This document shows positions 50,642 to 58,846 of a stretch of 64,000 nt of DNA, in pieces. This DNA is from a virus (Duplodnaviria > Caudoviricetes). A model generated the notes under the pieces. It did no database searches. It had not been told where the DNA came from and saw nothing but the letters and a program-made list of their open reading frames with translations. The position numbers were made by a program, and so were the translations under genes. The stretch lies in the IMG/VR virus record IMGVR_UViG_3300042397_003635. One strand, given 5' to 3'. Positions within the stretch are counted from its first letter, which is position 1. Every line of letters begins with the position of its first letter.

Positions 50642-51232
50642 TTAGAATTGTCCATTTCTTACTTCAGTATAACTATCAGCAATAAAGCTAAAAGTCGCAT
50701 TATAAATTGAATCTGAAGTATAATCCAATTTCATATCTTCAACCAAATTAGTATCTCCATAAACAAATACTGGAGAGAAATTAAATTCTCTATAAACGTC
50801 ACCTGCACGGTTGTGTACTCCAACATAAACTCCGGCTCCGTTTGGCGCATAGTCTTTCTTAAGACCTTGTCTACCAGTCAATGGATCGTATACTAGGTTT
50901 GCCCAAGCTCTAAATAAGTTGTAAACATACATCTCATTAGCATTGTTTAAGTTGACTTCAAAATCAATTGTAAACTTAGCGCCAGTTTCTTTAGGTTTTG
51001 CACCTGCAAAATATCTCTTAGAGAATCTGTAGCTTTGGTCAACTGTTCCACCAGTACCAGCTTGTTCTGGAAGTCCAGTAATCTTTTTTACGTGTTCAAC
51101 TAATAAATCATTAATAGCTGTATTATTGATACTAGAAGGCGGCGTAATAATTACCGTAAACTGGTTAAGGTATAACGGTTCAAATAATTGCTGGCCTACT
51201 TTTGAATTTTTAAAATGTGGTAACCCTGCCAT
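50642..51232 (-). CDS. gp19: Tail tube protein (T4 gp19-like)
   Basis: EPLYLNQFTVIITPP, FEVNLN, WANLVYDPLTGRQGLKKDY; 196 aa; late promoter AATAAATAAA at 51251-51260. Confidence 0.8.
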   Translation of the reverse strand: MAGLPHFKNSKVGQQLFEPLYLNQFTVIITPPSSINNTAINDLLVEHVKKITGLPEQAGTGGTVDQSYRFSKRYFAGAKPKETGAKFTIDFEVNLNNANEMYVYNLFRAWANLVYDPLTGRQGLKKDYAPNGAGVYVGVHNRAGDVYREFNFSPVFVYGDTNLVEDMKLDYTSDSIYNATFSFIADSYTEVRNGQF

Positions 51233-51267
51233 TTATGTTGGACTTTTTTGTTTATTTATTCGCTAGA

Positions 51268-52446
51268 TTATGATATATCTCTACGCTCTGTTTCCTCCCA
51301 TTTAGAAATGAGTTCCTTAAAGCGTTTTTCCTTTTCTTCTGGAGTTAGAGCTGCATTTCTTTCATCAAATTCAAATGCATTAATTTGAGCCTTAAGTTGT
51401 TTTGCACTAATTTCACTATATGCCTTAGGCTCCTCCTTTTCAGGCATAGTTTCATTTCCAATAAGCGTCAATTCCAAGGTAGGAACGACCGCAACAATTA
51501 GGTTTCCAGGATAAGATGGATTATCACTATTAAAATCTTCAAGCTTCATATCGTAACTTGCACCAAAAATCTTAGTTAATCCATTTGATGCAGGCGTAAT
51601 TGTAATAGTAAACTTATCAGAATTTGATATTTTATCATCTCCTAAATCTTTAAGCATGTTATTTGACATTAAGTATCTAAAGCTAAATGTCTTAGTTCCT
51701 TTACCCTCTTCAATCATTCGAAGTTTAGACGTTTTAATTGTAACGTAATAATTACAGCAGTCTTCTTCAGATGATTCTTCGATAGTGCACTCTTTTTCAA
51801 CTTCTTCCAGTGTTTTAAACGGTCCAGCTACAAGTTTAACCTTTCCCTTATCTTCAAGGTCAGTTCCAACTAGCGACTGTACAGGTTCAGCTTCTTTTCC
51901 TATTTCAACTTCAATTGAGTGTACAACCTTTTTTTCATCTTCCATTGTTAAACAATAAAAAAACGTTGCCATTCCTGGAGGTAGAAGTTTCTTTTCTTCT
52001 GGTTCGCCTAATAGTTTTTGGGGTTCAGGTCCAGTCAATAACTTTTGACCAGGCTCCTCTTGTTTTGCGTACTGTGCAGCATTATATGGAACCGGCAAAC
52101 CTGGTTTTTGTGTAGTTGCAAGTTCACGACTTCCTTGAACAGCCGGTAAGTTTGATCCACCTGCCGGAAGCTCCAATGCTTCATTTTTGGTAGAAGTTTC
52201 TGCCTTTTTAGCATTAACTTTTTCGCAAACATGTTTATGAATTTCTAATAGTAATTCACGAATCTTTTCTGCACTTGTATACTTAACATAGGTTGAAGTA
52301 CCTTCAGCTTTAACATAATCCAAATCTGGATATAAAGTCATGCTATGCAGAACGGTCTTTTGATCATTCTGATTCCATTTTGGCTCACAGTCTTTGATTT
52401 GCCACTTAAGTTCATGACTTTGGAAAATTTCGCAAATTACGCTCAT
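51268..52446 (-). CDS. Hypothetical protein (392 aa) with Pro-rich low-complexity linker
   Basis: KLLTGPEPQKLLGEPEEKKLLPPG short repeats; lies in the late head/tail cluster. Confidence 0.6.
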   Translation of the reverse strand: MSVICEIFQSHELKWQIKDCEPKWNQNDQKTVLHSMTLYPDLDYVKAEGTSTYVKYTSAEKIRELLLEIHKHVCEKVNAKKAETSTKNEALELPAGGSNLPAVQGSRELATTQKPGLPVPYNAAQYAKQEEPGQKLLTGPEPQKLLGEPEEKKLLPPGMATFFYCLTMEDEKKVVHSIEVEIGKEAEPVQSLVGTDLEDKGKVKLVAGPFKTLEEVEKECTIEESSEEDCCNYYVTIKTSKLRMIEEGKGTKTFSFRYLMSNNMLKDLGDDKISNSDKFTITITPASNGLTKIFGASYDMKLEDFNSDNPSYPGNLIVAVVPTLELTLIGNETMPEKEEPKAYSEISAKQLKAQINAFEFDERNAALTPEEKEKRFKELISKWEETERRDIS

Positions 52447-52450
52447 TTAA

Positions 52451-52930
52451 TTATGCTTGTGGTTTTTCTCCTCTAAAGGCCTTACCTTTATTAGAATCTT
52501 TTCTTTCTGGATCAACTGGCTTGTAGTTTGCCCAGATTTCATTGTATATTCTGCAGCTTGCGCCCATGAAATTGATAATTCCAACAAATTTCTTACGATC
52601 ATCGCCAGTCATTCTAGAAACTTTCTTTCCAATACGACGAGCATCATCAAGATCTAATTCTTCTTCATCATCTTTTCCAACTAATTCTTTAAGAGAATTT
52701 CTGGATTTTTCATTGATTGCAATAAAAGACTCGAATGTCATTGATTCAGTTGGAGTATCAGACTCATGGTCTGAAACATACGAATCAAAACGATCAACTT
52801 CATCACCAGTCATTAAACCAGTTGCATACGTTACAAATCTTTCATAAAGATCTGCACGGTCTTGCATTGGAATTCCGGCTTTGTCCATATACTGGACTAT
52901 GCTGCGAGGTACGCTTAATGTAATCCTCAT
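52451..52930 (-). CDS. Hypothetical protein, candidate internal head protein (159 aa)
   Basis: Internal MTFESFIAINEK motif; located in the capsid cluster. Confidence 0.55.
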   Translation of the reverse strand: MRITLSVPRSIVQYMDKAGIPMQDRADLYERFVTYATGLMTGDEVDRFDSYVSDHESDTPTESMTFESFIAINEKSRNSLKELVGKDDEEELDLDDARRIGKKVSRMTGDDRKKFVGIINFMGASCRIYNEIWANYKPVDPERKDSNKGKAFRGEKPQA

Positions 52931-52941
52931 CGAGTTTTTAA

Positions 52942-53295
52942 TTATTTTTGTTTGTTAGCCATCTTAGGGTCAACTGACTTAGTGATAGCTTTTCCTTTGA
53001 TAACTAAATTACCGAAACTAGGATCTACTGACTTAGTGATAGCCTTTCCTTTAGGGTTTGCTTCAGCTAAGTTAGAATTAACTGACTTAGAGATTTTAGA
53101 ACCTTTAGCAGCTTTAAGATCAGTCATTTTAGCGTCAACTGACTTTTTAACGCTAGAACCCTTAGGCATATCTAATTTAGCCATTTTAGGATCTACGCTT
53201 TTTCCTAATTTAGAACCTGTTGCAGGTAATACTGCCAAGTTTTGGTTAACTTTTTCAGTTAGGAACTCTGTGTAAGACAATACTGGGTTTGCCAT
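52942..53295 (-). CDS. Basic repeat protein with five ~18-aa KGxxIxKSVDPxM repeats; candidate DNA-binding internal head protein
   Basis: Lys-rich tandem repeats after an N-terminal VLSYTEFLTEK; 26-bp near-identical DNA copies at 52973-52998 and 53027-53052. Confidence 0.65.
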   Translation of the reverse strand: MANPVLSYTEFLTEKVNQNLAVLPATGSKLGKSVDPKMAKLDMPKGSSVKKSVDAKMTDLKAAKGSKISKSVNSNLAEANPKGKAITKSVDPSFGNLVIKGKAITKSVDPKMANKQK

Positions 53296-53296
53296 T

Positions 53297-53374
53297 TTAT
53301 TGTTTTCTTTTTTTAATTACTCGATCTTCTCTGGGCACTCCTGGTCTCTCCAATCTTTCAATATGAGTATTCAT
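53297..53374 (-). CDS. Possible 25-aa ORF (MNTHIERLERPGVPREDRVIKKRKQ)
   Basis: Downstream of late promoter GATAAATAAC (53451-53460); stop 1 nt before the next ATG. Confidence 0.3.
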   Translation of the reverse strand: MNTHIERLERPGVPREDRVIKKRKQ

Positions 53375-53477
53375 ATTAAAATAATATTAAGGCCGTCAGA
53401 GGTCTCAGATTAATTTCTTTTTATAATTACCTAATTAGACAATTATTTTAGTTATTTATCTGACCTCTTAAAATAAG

Positions 53478-53499
53478 AAAGCCCTCCGAAGAGGGCTTT
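53478..53499 (-). terminator. Intrinsic terminator with a cUUCGg tetraloop after the major capsid gene
   Basis: Minus strand AAAGCCCTC-TTCG-GAGGGCTTT-CTTATTTT; UUCG hairpin terminators are typical of T4-like phages. Confidence 0.9.
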
Positions 53500-53523
53500 A
53501 CTTTAATATAACCTGGGTTAAGA

Positions 53524-55041
53524 TTATGCTAATTTAGCAAGAGAACCAGATGCCAATGAGAATTGAACATACTGAGTTCCAGGATGCCATCCAGCTTCAA
53601 CCAATGCATATCTTGACTTCATACCGATTTTCGGAGAGAAAGTACCCTCAGAAATAGTTTGAAGAGATTCTGCCATGATGTAAGGCATGAATTTAAGACC
53701 TGGCTCTTCGTCAGCACCTTTACGACCAATTAATACAGTCGCATCGTCAAACTTCAAGTTAGGATCAACGTATACGTTAAGACCGTAAACTTTACCAGCA
53801 GGGTACAATGTACCAGCAGCAGAACCTAAATCGTTGTTGAAAGGAGCAATTGAGTAACCAGCAGCATCAGCCATAGCAGATGCAACTTTAGCACCAACTA
53901 CTGCGAAAGTACCAGCACCAAAACGTGCTCTGTGGTAGATCAAGTTAGCAGATTCTAACATCTTGCTAGCAAGTCTTCTTTGAGCAGTTGTTACGTTTTC
54001 GAAACCACCAGTATAAGTAGCAGCAGATAAGTCTAATGTAGCAGAATAACCTTCAGCTGTTGCAGCTGCAGCAGCGTGAGTTGTTGCTAAATTCTTAACT
54101 TTAGAAACGATTTCTTTGTTGATTGTTTGAGCAAGCTCGTTAACAGCAACATTCTCTAACATAGAGATTGCGTCGAAATTCCAAACTCTGTTAAGATCTT
54201 GGATTTGCTCAACTGTTGCAGAGATAGAAACTTGAGAAGTTTTAGCCTCAACAAACTTAGTGAACATTTTAAGACCCATTTGACGGAATTTAGAAGTTTC
54301 ACCAGCACCTCTATTCATAGATTGAGTGTACTCTTGACCATCTAAGAAAGGACCATACCAAGCAGAAGCTTCAGCTGTACCTGCAGGAGCTGCAGTTGAA
54401 GTGAAACCAGAGATATGATTTTCTAAAGCAGATACTAATTCTACTTCAGCTTCTGAAACAGCAATACCTGCAGCAACCGCTTGAGCAGCAACTGAAGTAG
54501 AAGCGTCTGTACCAGAAATAACTTTGTAGATGTATTTTGCATCTAGACGAGATACACCAACATAAGCAAACTCTCTGTCACCAGTGTTATCTGGAGTTGT
54601 ATCAAGAGTTGCAGTTTTGATCAAATATGGTTCAAACTCACCAGTTACGTTACCACCTTGGTAAACATAATCTAAGTAAGGAAGGAAACCAACTGGAGAG
54701 TCCATAGGAACTACACCAACTAGGTCAAAACCAATAGTTTTTGCTGCTACTTGAATAGCAACTGGCAATAAACTTGGGAATTTATCACCTGAACCATTTG
54801 CACCAGTTGTTGGAGCTAATGGGTTACCGATTCCACTGATAGAACCTGGTTGTTGATAGAATAAACCTGGAGCAACAGCTGATTCGTTGATTGCACCTGC
54901 GTTTTCGAACATTGCGTGATAGTGGCAATAATCTACTAACCAAGGACGTGAATCTGCGTTTACACCATAGCTTTCTAAAACTGGAGCCCAAGTTGACTTA
55001 ACAGAGGCATCGTTTAGTCTTTTAAATACTTTTGTAGACAT
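53524..55041 (-). CDS. gp23: Major capsid protein (T4 gp23-like)
   Basis: IGFDLVGVVPMDSPVGF, ELAQTINKEIV, GKVYGLNVYVDP, FMPYI, PKIGMKSRYAL; probable cleavage site INE/S. Confidence 0.93.
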   Translation of the reverse strand: MSTKVFKRLNDASVKSTWAPVLESYGVNADSRPWLVDYCHYHAMFENAGAINESAVAPGLFYQQPGSISGIGNPLAPTTGANGSGDKFPSLLPVAIQVAAKTIGFDLVGVVPMDSPVGFLPYLDYVYQGGNVTGEFEPYLIKTATLDTTPDNTGDREFAYVGVSRLDAKYIYKVISGTDASTSVAAQAVAAGIAVSEAEVELVSALENHISGFTSTAAPAGTAEASAWYGPFLDGQEYTQSMNRGAGETSKFRQMGLKMFTKFVEAKTSQVSISATVEQIQDLNRVWNFDAISMLENVAVNELAQTINKEIVSKVKNLATTHAAAAATAEGYSATLDLSAATYTGGFENVTTAQRRLASKMLESANLIYHRARFGAGTFAVVGAKVASAMADAAGYSIAPFNNDLGSAAGTLYPAGKVYGLNVYVDPNLKFDDATVLIGRKGADEEPGLKFMPYIMAESLQTISEGTFSPKIGMKSRYALVEAGWHPGTQYVQFSLASGSLAKLA

Positions 55042-55058
55042 TTTGTTTTAAAAATTTT

Positions 55059-57092
55059 TTAGTTGTTTGCTCTTCTTTTTAGAGCGTCGAGGTATGCATT
55101 ACCATAACCTCTTTGATGTTCCGCAACTTTCTCAATCGAGATAAAACCTTCTCTACCTTGGCTTTCGTTGATGTGTTGCGCTGTTTTATTTTGTTTTTCG
55201 AAATAAATTCTTTCATTAACTCCTCTTAAATCTCTGCTCTCCCAGAAGTTTTTAACTTGGTAAGGAGTGTTAAGAACAGTTAAAGAAGCTTGAGCTTCTA
55301 AACGGCTCTTTTCTGCAGGAGTCATGCTTTCAAAAACTTCTTTGAATTTAGCAGGCATGAACTTAATTAAGTTTGGAGTATTTTCTTGTTGTTTGTTAAG
55401 AACTGATTCAATGATTTGGATAACGTCTTCTTCTTTGAAGTAAACTGCACCTGAAAGAGCTTCAATAATAGCAGTTTTTTGAGTTTGATCTAAATTAAAG
55501 AATCTTGATTTATTATCTTCGTTAAGAAGTTTTAAGAATGGATATCTGCTTTCTAATACAGATTTAGCAGAGTTATCTTTGATATGCTTAACAATTGAGT
55601 TAACTGAACTTACAATATCAGAAACATTAGAACCTTCAGAAACTTGATAGTTTACAGACTCATCTAATTTTTCGATTTGGCTAAATGCAGAGGCAGTTTT
55701 AGTAGAAAGACCTACTTTACCTTCATTTAATTCAGTTGCAATATACTCAGAATATTTAATTCCTCTTTCAAGGTTTTCAGCAAGATAGTTAGCGTAACCA
55801 ATAGAGTGCTTTAAGTTTTCAGCAACGTATTCAGTGTATCTGATACCTTGTTCTGATTTTTCAGCAACATACTCAGAATATTGAATTCCTTTATCAAGGT
55901 TTTCTGCTAAGTATTCTGTGTATTTAATATTTTTGTTTACGTTTTCAGCAATATGCTCAGAGTAATCAATTGCATTATTTAGGTTTTCTCCAACGTATTC
56001 AGCATAACCGATACCTTGTTCAACTTTTTCTGCAAGATAATCAGAATAATCAATTACTTTATTAACTTTCTCAGCAACGTGCTCAGAATAATTAATTGAT
56101 TTGTTCATCATTCCAGAAAGGTAATTGTTATATTCAATTACTTTGCTAAGCTCGCTTGAAAGATAGTTAACATACTCAACTAATTGTTCATTAGTTGCAG
56201 GTGTTTGTTCTTCATCTTGTTCAGCATTTGGATCTTCAACCACTGGAGCATCAGCAGGTTGGTCGTCTTCGGTAACTGCGAAGTTATCAACCATTTTATC
56301 TACACTTTCTTTAAGTGCGTCAAACTTGCCTTTAACAAGTTCAGAGTATTGGTTGAACGCTTCTTTCGTTACAAACTCATTAGTCATGTGTTTGTTATTA
56401 TTTTCCATAGTTTGTACTATCTCTTCATTATTTATCTTATAAACTTTGATTGATTCCTCGAGGTTTAAGCTTTCAGAAATATCAACCAATTTATTTACAA
56501 TTGACGTAGATTTAATATTTTCCAAAGATTCGAAAAGCATAGAGTAATTGCTTTGGAAGCTCTCGTTAACAGATCTTCTAAGAACAGCTTCACTGAAACC
56601 AGGTTCAGCTACTAGATCGTATGTGAATATTCTTTGGATTTTTACTTTACCTTCATTCATTACCTGACCAGCGGCTCTTGAAGAAGTTGAAATTGTACAG
56701 CCTGACTCAACTAGAGTTTTTGCAATCTGGCCAGCGGGAGTGTTAAGCAGACGTACTTTAATTTTTACGTTATTAGAATTTTGATCGTACCATAATTTCT
56801 CAACTACGTGAGAAACGTTTTTAAGTGAAACGTCAAAATTTTGAGGGTGGTCTAGCTCACCAAATAATTGACCTCTTTCGATTTTCTCGTTTAGGTATTC
56901 TAGGTGAGGAAGATACTCTGCTTTTTCGTAGATACGGTTGTTGTTATTCTTTGTGTCAAATACTGCACAAACACCTTCCATAACGATATCACCATTATCT
57001 AGTTTTGCTGAGTTTAAACCTTCATTTACTCTTTCTATAATGAAGAGCATATCTGAGGTTTTTGTAATTTCGTTTACGCCTGTAAGGACCAC
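55059..57092 (-). CDS. gp21: Prohead protease (gp21-like, U9/S80) fused to a coiled-coil scaffold region
   Basis: NNNNRIYEK, LFGELDHP, SHVVEKLW, LLNTPAGQIAK, SSRAAG, YDLVAEPGF; followed by 14-aa repeats. Confidence 0.88.
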   Translation of the reverse strand: MVLTGVNEITKTSDMLFIIERVNEGLNSAKLDNGDIVMEGVCAVFDTKNNNNRIYEKAEYLPHLEYLNEKIERGQLFGELDHPQNFDVSLKNVSHVVEKLWYDQNSNNVKIKVRLLNTPAGQIAKTLVESGCTISTSSRAAGQVMNEGKVKIQRIFTYDLVAEPGFSEAVLRRSVNESFQSNYSMLFESLENIKSTSIVNKLVDISESLNLEESIKVYKINNEEIVQTMENNNKHMTNEFVTKEAFNQYSELVKGKFDALKESVDKMVDNFAVTEDDQPADAPVVEDPNAEQDEEQTPATNEQLVEYVNYLSSELSKVIEYNNYLSGMMNKSINYSEHVAEKVNKVIDYSDYLAEKVEQGIGYAEYVGENLNNAIDYSEHIAENVNKNIKYTEYLAENLDKGIQYSEYVAEKSEQGIRYTEYVAENLKHSIGYANYLAENLERGIKYSEYIATELNEGKVGLSTKTASAFSQIEKLDESVNYQVSEGSNVSDIVSSVNSIVKHIKDNSAKSVLESRYPFLKLLNEDNKSRFFNLDQTQKTAIIEALSGAVYFKEEDVIQIIESVLNKQQENTPNLIKFMPAKFKEVFESMTPAEKSRLEAQASLTVLNTPYQVKNFWESRDLRGVNERIYFEKQNKTAQHINESQGREGFISIEKVAEHQRGYGNAYLDALKRRANN
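55720..56190 (-). repeat. About 11 tandem 14-aa coding repeats (I-x-Y-S/T/A-E-Y/H-V/L/I-A-E-N/K-L/V) in the protease-scaffold protein
   Basis: IDYSDYLAEKVEQG IGYAEYVGENLNNA IDYSEHIAENVNKN IKYTEYLAENLDKG IQYSEYVAEKSEQG and further copies. Confidence 0.9.
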
Positions 57093-57181
57093 GTTGCCTG
57101 ATTTTTTTTATTATTTATATCATATCGATAGAAATAATTCGCAACAAGTGACAAGTTGACACCTATTTAGTCTTATTTATT
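57090..57181 (-). promoter_or_regulatory. Late promoter TATAAATAAT (57110-57119) in an extended inverted repeat that pairs with the GTG start; second AATAAATAAG at 57172-57181
   Basis: Minus strand CAC-TT-GTTGC-GA-ATTATTT-C-TATC-GATAT-GATA-T-AAATAAT-...-GCAAC-GTG. Confidence 0.65.
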
Positions 57182-58026
57182 AGGCTTATTAGATCCAGCT
57201 TCTCAGAATCAGTTAGTTTATCGAAATTAGGAACCTTGGTGTGAATTTTAAAGATATAAGAACCTTTATTTTGTGTGCCAGTTGACATTCCTCTACCAGG
57301 AATAGTTATTCTAATGTCATTAAATGACTTAGCTTTGATTGACTTTATTTTAAAATTGGTTCCAGAAACTGAAGTAAAAATAAAATTTTCAATATTAATT
57401 AGTTCATCGAGACTTACTTCTCGATTATCAATAATATTACCTGATACATCAAGAGAAACTCCAGCGGGTAATACAATATCCAATAAAACATACAAATTGC
57501 CAATAAATGCACGGTTAAACATGCTTCCACCTCCAAGTTTTCCATGATTTCCCATATTTTGAAAGGTTAATCTGGAAAAGGCCTTATTGCCATCGAATAT
57601 TAATTGGTGTTTAGTTGTATCTGGGTTAAGATCAACACTAAATCTAATTGGAGAAGATTCTCCCTTTTTTGTGTAAGTAACCTCAATAGTTTTTCCAATT
57701 AACAAATCTTTAAGATCGATTTTTTGGTTAACAACAATGTCTAGATTAAGACCCCAGTTTTGAGTAAAAATATCTTCAGCAGCAAAGCCGCCAAACATGT
57801 CTCTAAGATCTTCAAAGGTTGATCCAGCTGATCCACCTCGATCGTAGTTTTTACGTTTTTCCGAATCTCCTAATACACCATAAGCCTCAGCGATTTCCTT
57901 AAATTTGGATTCGCCGTCTGGATTTTTATCAGGGTGATATTTTACAACAAGCTTTCGGTAAGCCTTTTTAATATCTTCCTGACTGCATCCACGCTCTACT
58001 TCTAGTATATTATAATAGTCTTTCAC
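57163..58026 (-). CDS. dnaJ: DnaJ-family co-chaperone (J domain plus C-terminal domain, no zinc finger)
   Basis: [17 protein letters not shown]...[22 protein letters not shown]; C-terminal ITIPGRGM...GSYIFKI. Confidence 0.9.
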   Translation of the reverse strand: MKDYYNILEVERGCSQEDIKKAYRKLVVKYHPDKNPDGESKFKEIAEAYGVLGDSEKRKNYDRGGSAGSTFEDLRDMFGGFAAEDIFTQNWGLNLDIVVNQKIDLKDLLIGKTIEVTYTKKGESSPIRFSVDLNPDTTKHQLIFDGNKAFSRLTFQNMGNHGKLGGGSMFNRAFIGNLYVLLDIVLPAGVSLDVSGNIIDNREVSLDELINIENFIFTSVSGTNFKIKSIKAKSFNDIRITIPGRGMSTGTQNKGSYIFKIHTKVPNFDKLTDSEKLDLISLINKTK

Positions 58027-58045
58027 TATAATTAATATACCTAAA

Positions 58046-58846
58046 TTAGTAGCCTACTGTAACGGTTTTTGATAAAATGTTAGGTTCCAGTGCAGCAAGT
58101 ACACCGGCATTTAGTCCTGGTGTTGCTGGAAGTTTTCCATCCACTGCGCTGGCTAGACTTTTTAGGGCAGTCATTACCGCATTACCCATAACTGCAGGTT
58201 CAGTTGATGAGCTGTGACCAAGTCGAGTAAAATCACCATTTAGCCATACTTGGCTTGATGTGACTCTAACTTCTGATGTTGCATTAATATCAACAGTTGA
58301 ATTTGCTATAATATTAATAGTTGGACCCTCTAATTCAATAATAGATTGGGTTTCTTTATGTTCAATTGTTATCTTGGAATCTTGTGCAATATTAATTCTA
58401 GATGACTTATTTTCAAAAGTAAGGCCCTTTCCAACGGTAAACCATAATTTAAGCGCTTCGTCTCCATCCCATAAAATAAAATGGGATCCTAAATATTCGC
58501 CGTCCTTTTTAAGTTCTTCTTGAAGGTCTTTTGCAAGTTCTTGTAATTGTTCGTATTCTGGGCTATAGATATCTCCTTGGTCAAATCTCACTACAACGAG
58601 TGCACCATTTTTTGGTATTGAAATACTAGCCGCGCCCTCTTTTCCAAAGAATGTAGATTTTGTTCCTGGATTAGCCCATGGAATATCTTCAATCGCAAGG
58701 GAATCGAATAGTCCATGTACCCTAACTCGACAGCGTCCTTCTTTCAATGGATCATTTACGTCAACAACAGTTCCCATATATCTCTTAATAAGATACTCAA
58801 TTGAACTATCATCAGATCTATTAATATCGGTGTTACGGTTTAACAT
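58046..58846 (-). CDS. gp5: Baseplate hub/central spike protein (T4 gp5/VgrG-like OB fold plus beta helix)
   Basis: [47 protein letters not shown]; no lysozyme domain. Confidence 0.8.
   Translation of the reverse strand: MLNRNTDINRSDDSSIEYLIKRYMGTVVDVNDPLKEGRCRVRVHGLFDSLAIEDIPWANPGTKSTFFGKEGAASISIPKNGALVVVRFDQGDIYSPEYEQLQELAKDLQEELKKDGEYLGSHFILWDGDEALKLWFTVGKGLTFENKSSRINIAQDSKITIEHKETQSIIELEGPTINIIANSTVDINATSEVRVTSSQVWLNGDFTRLGHSSSTEPAVMGNAVMTALKSLASAVDGKLPATPGLNAGVLAALEPNILSKTVTVGY

Noticed and set aside
55720-56190. Periodic DNA resembling a CRISPR array or DNA repeat
   Set aside because: It is a 42-bp in-frame coding periodicity with synonymous divergence and no repeat-spacer structure. 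The same applies to 52973-53250 and 58915-59195.
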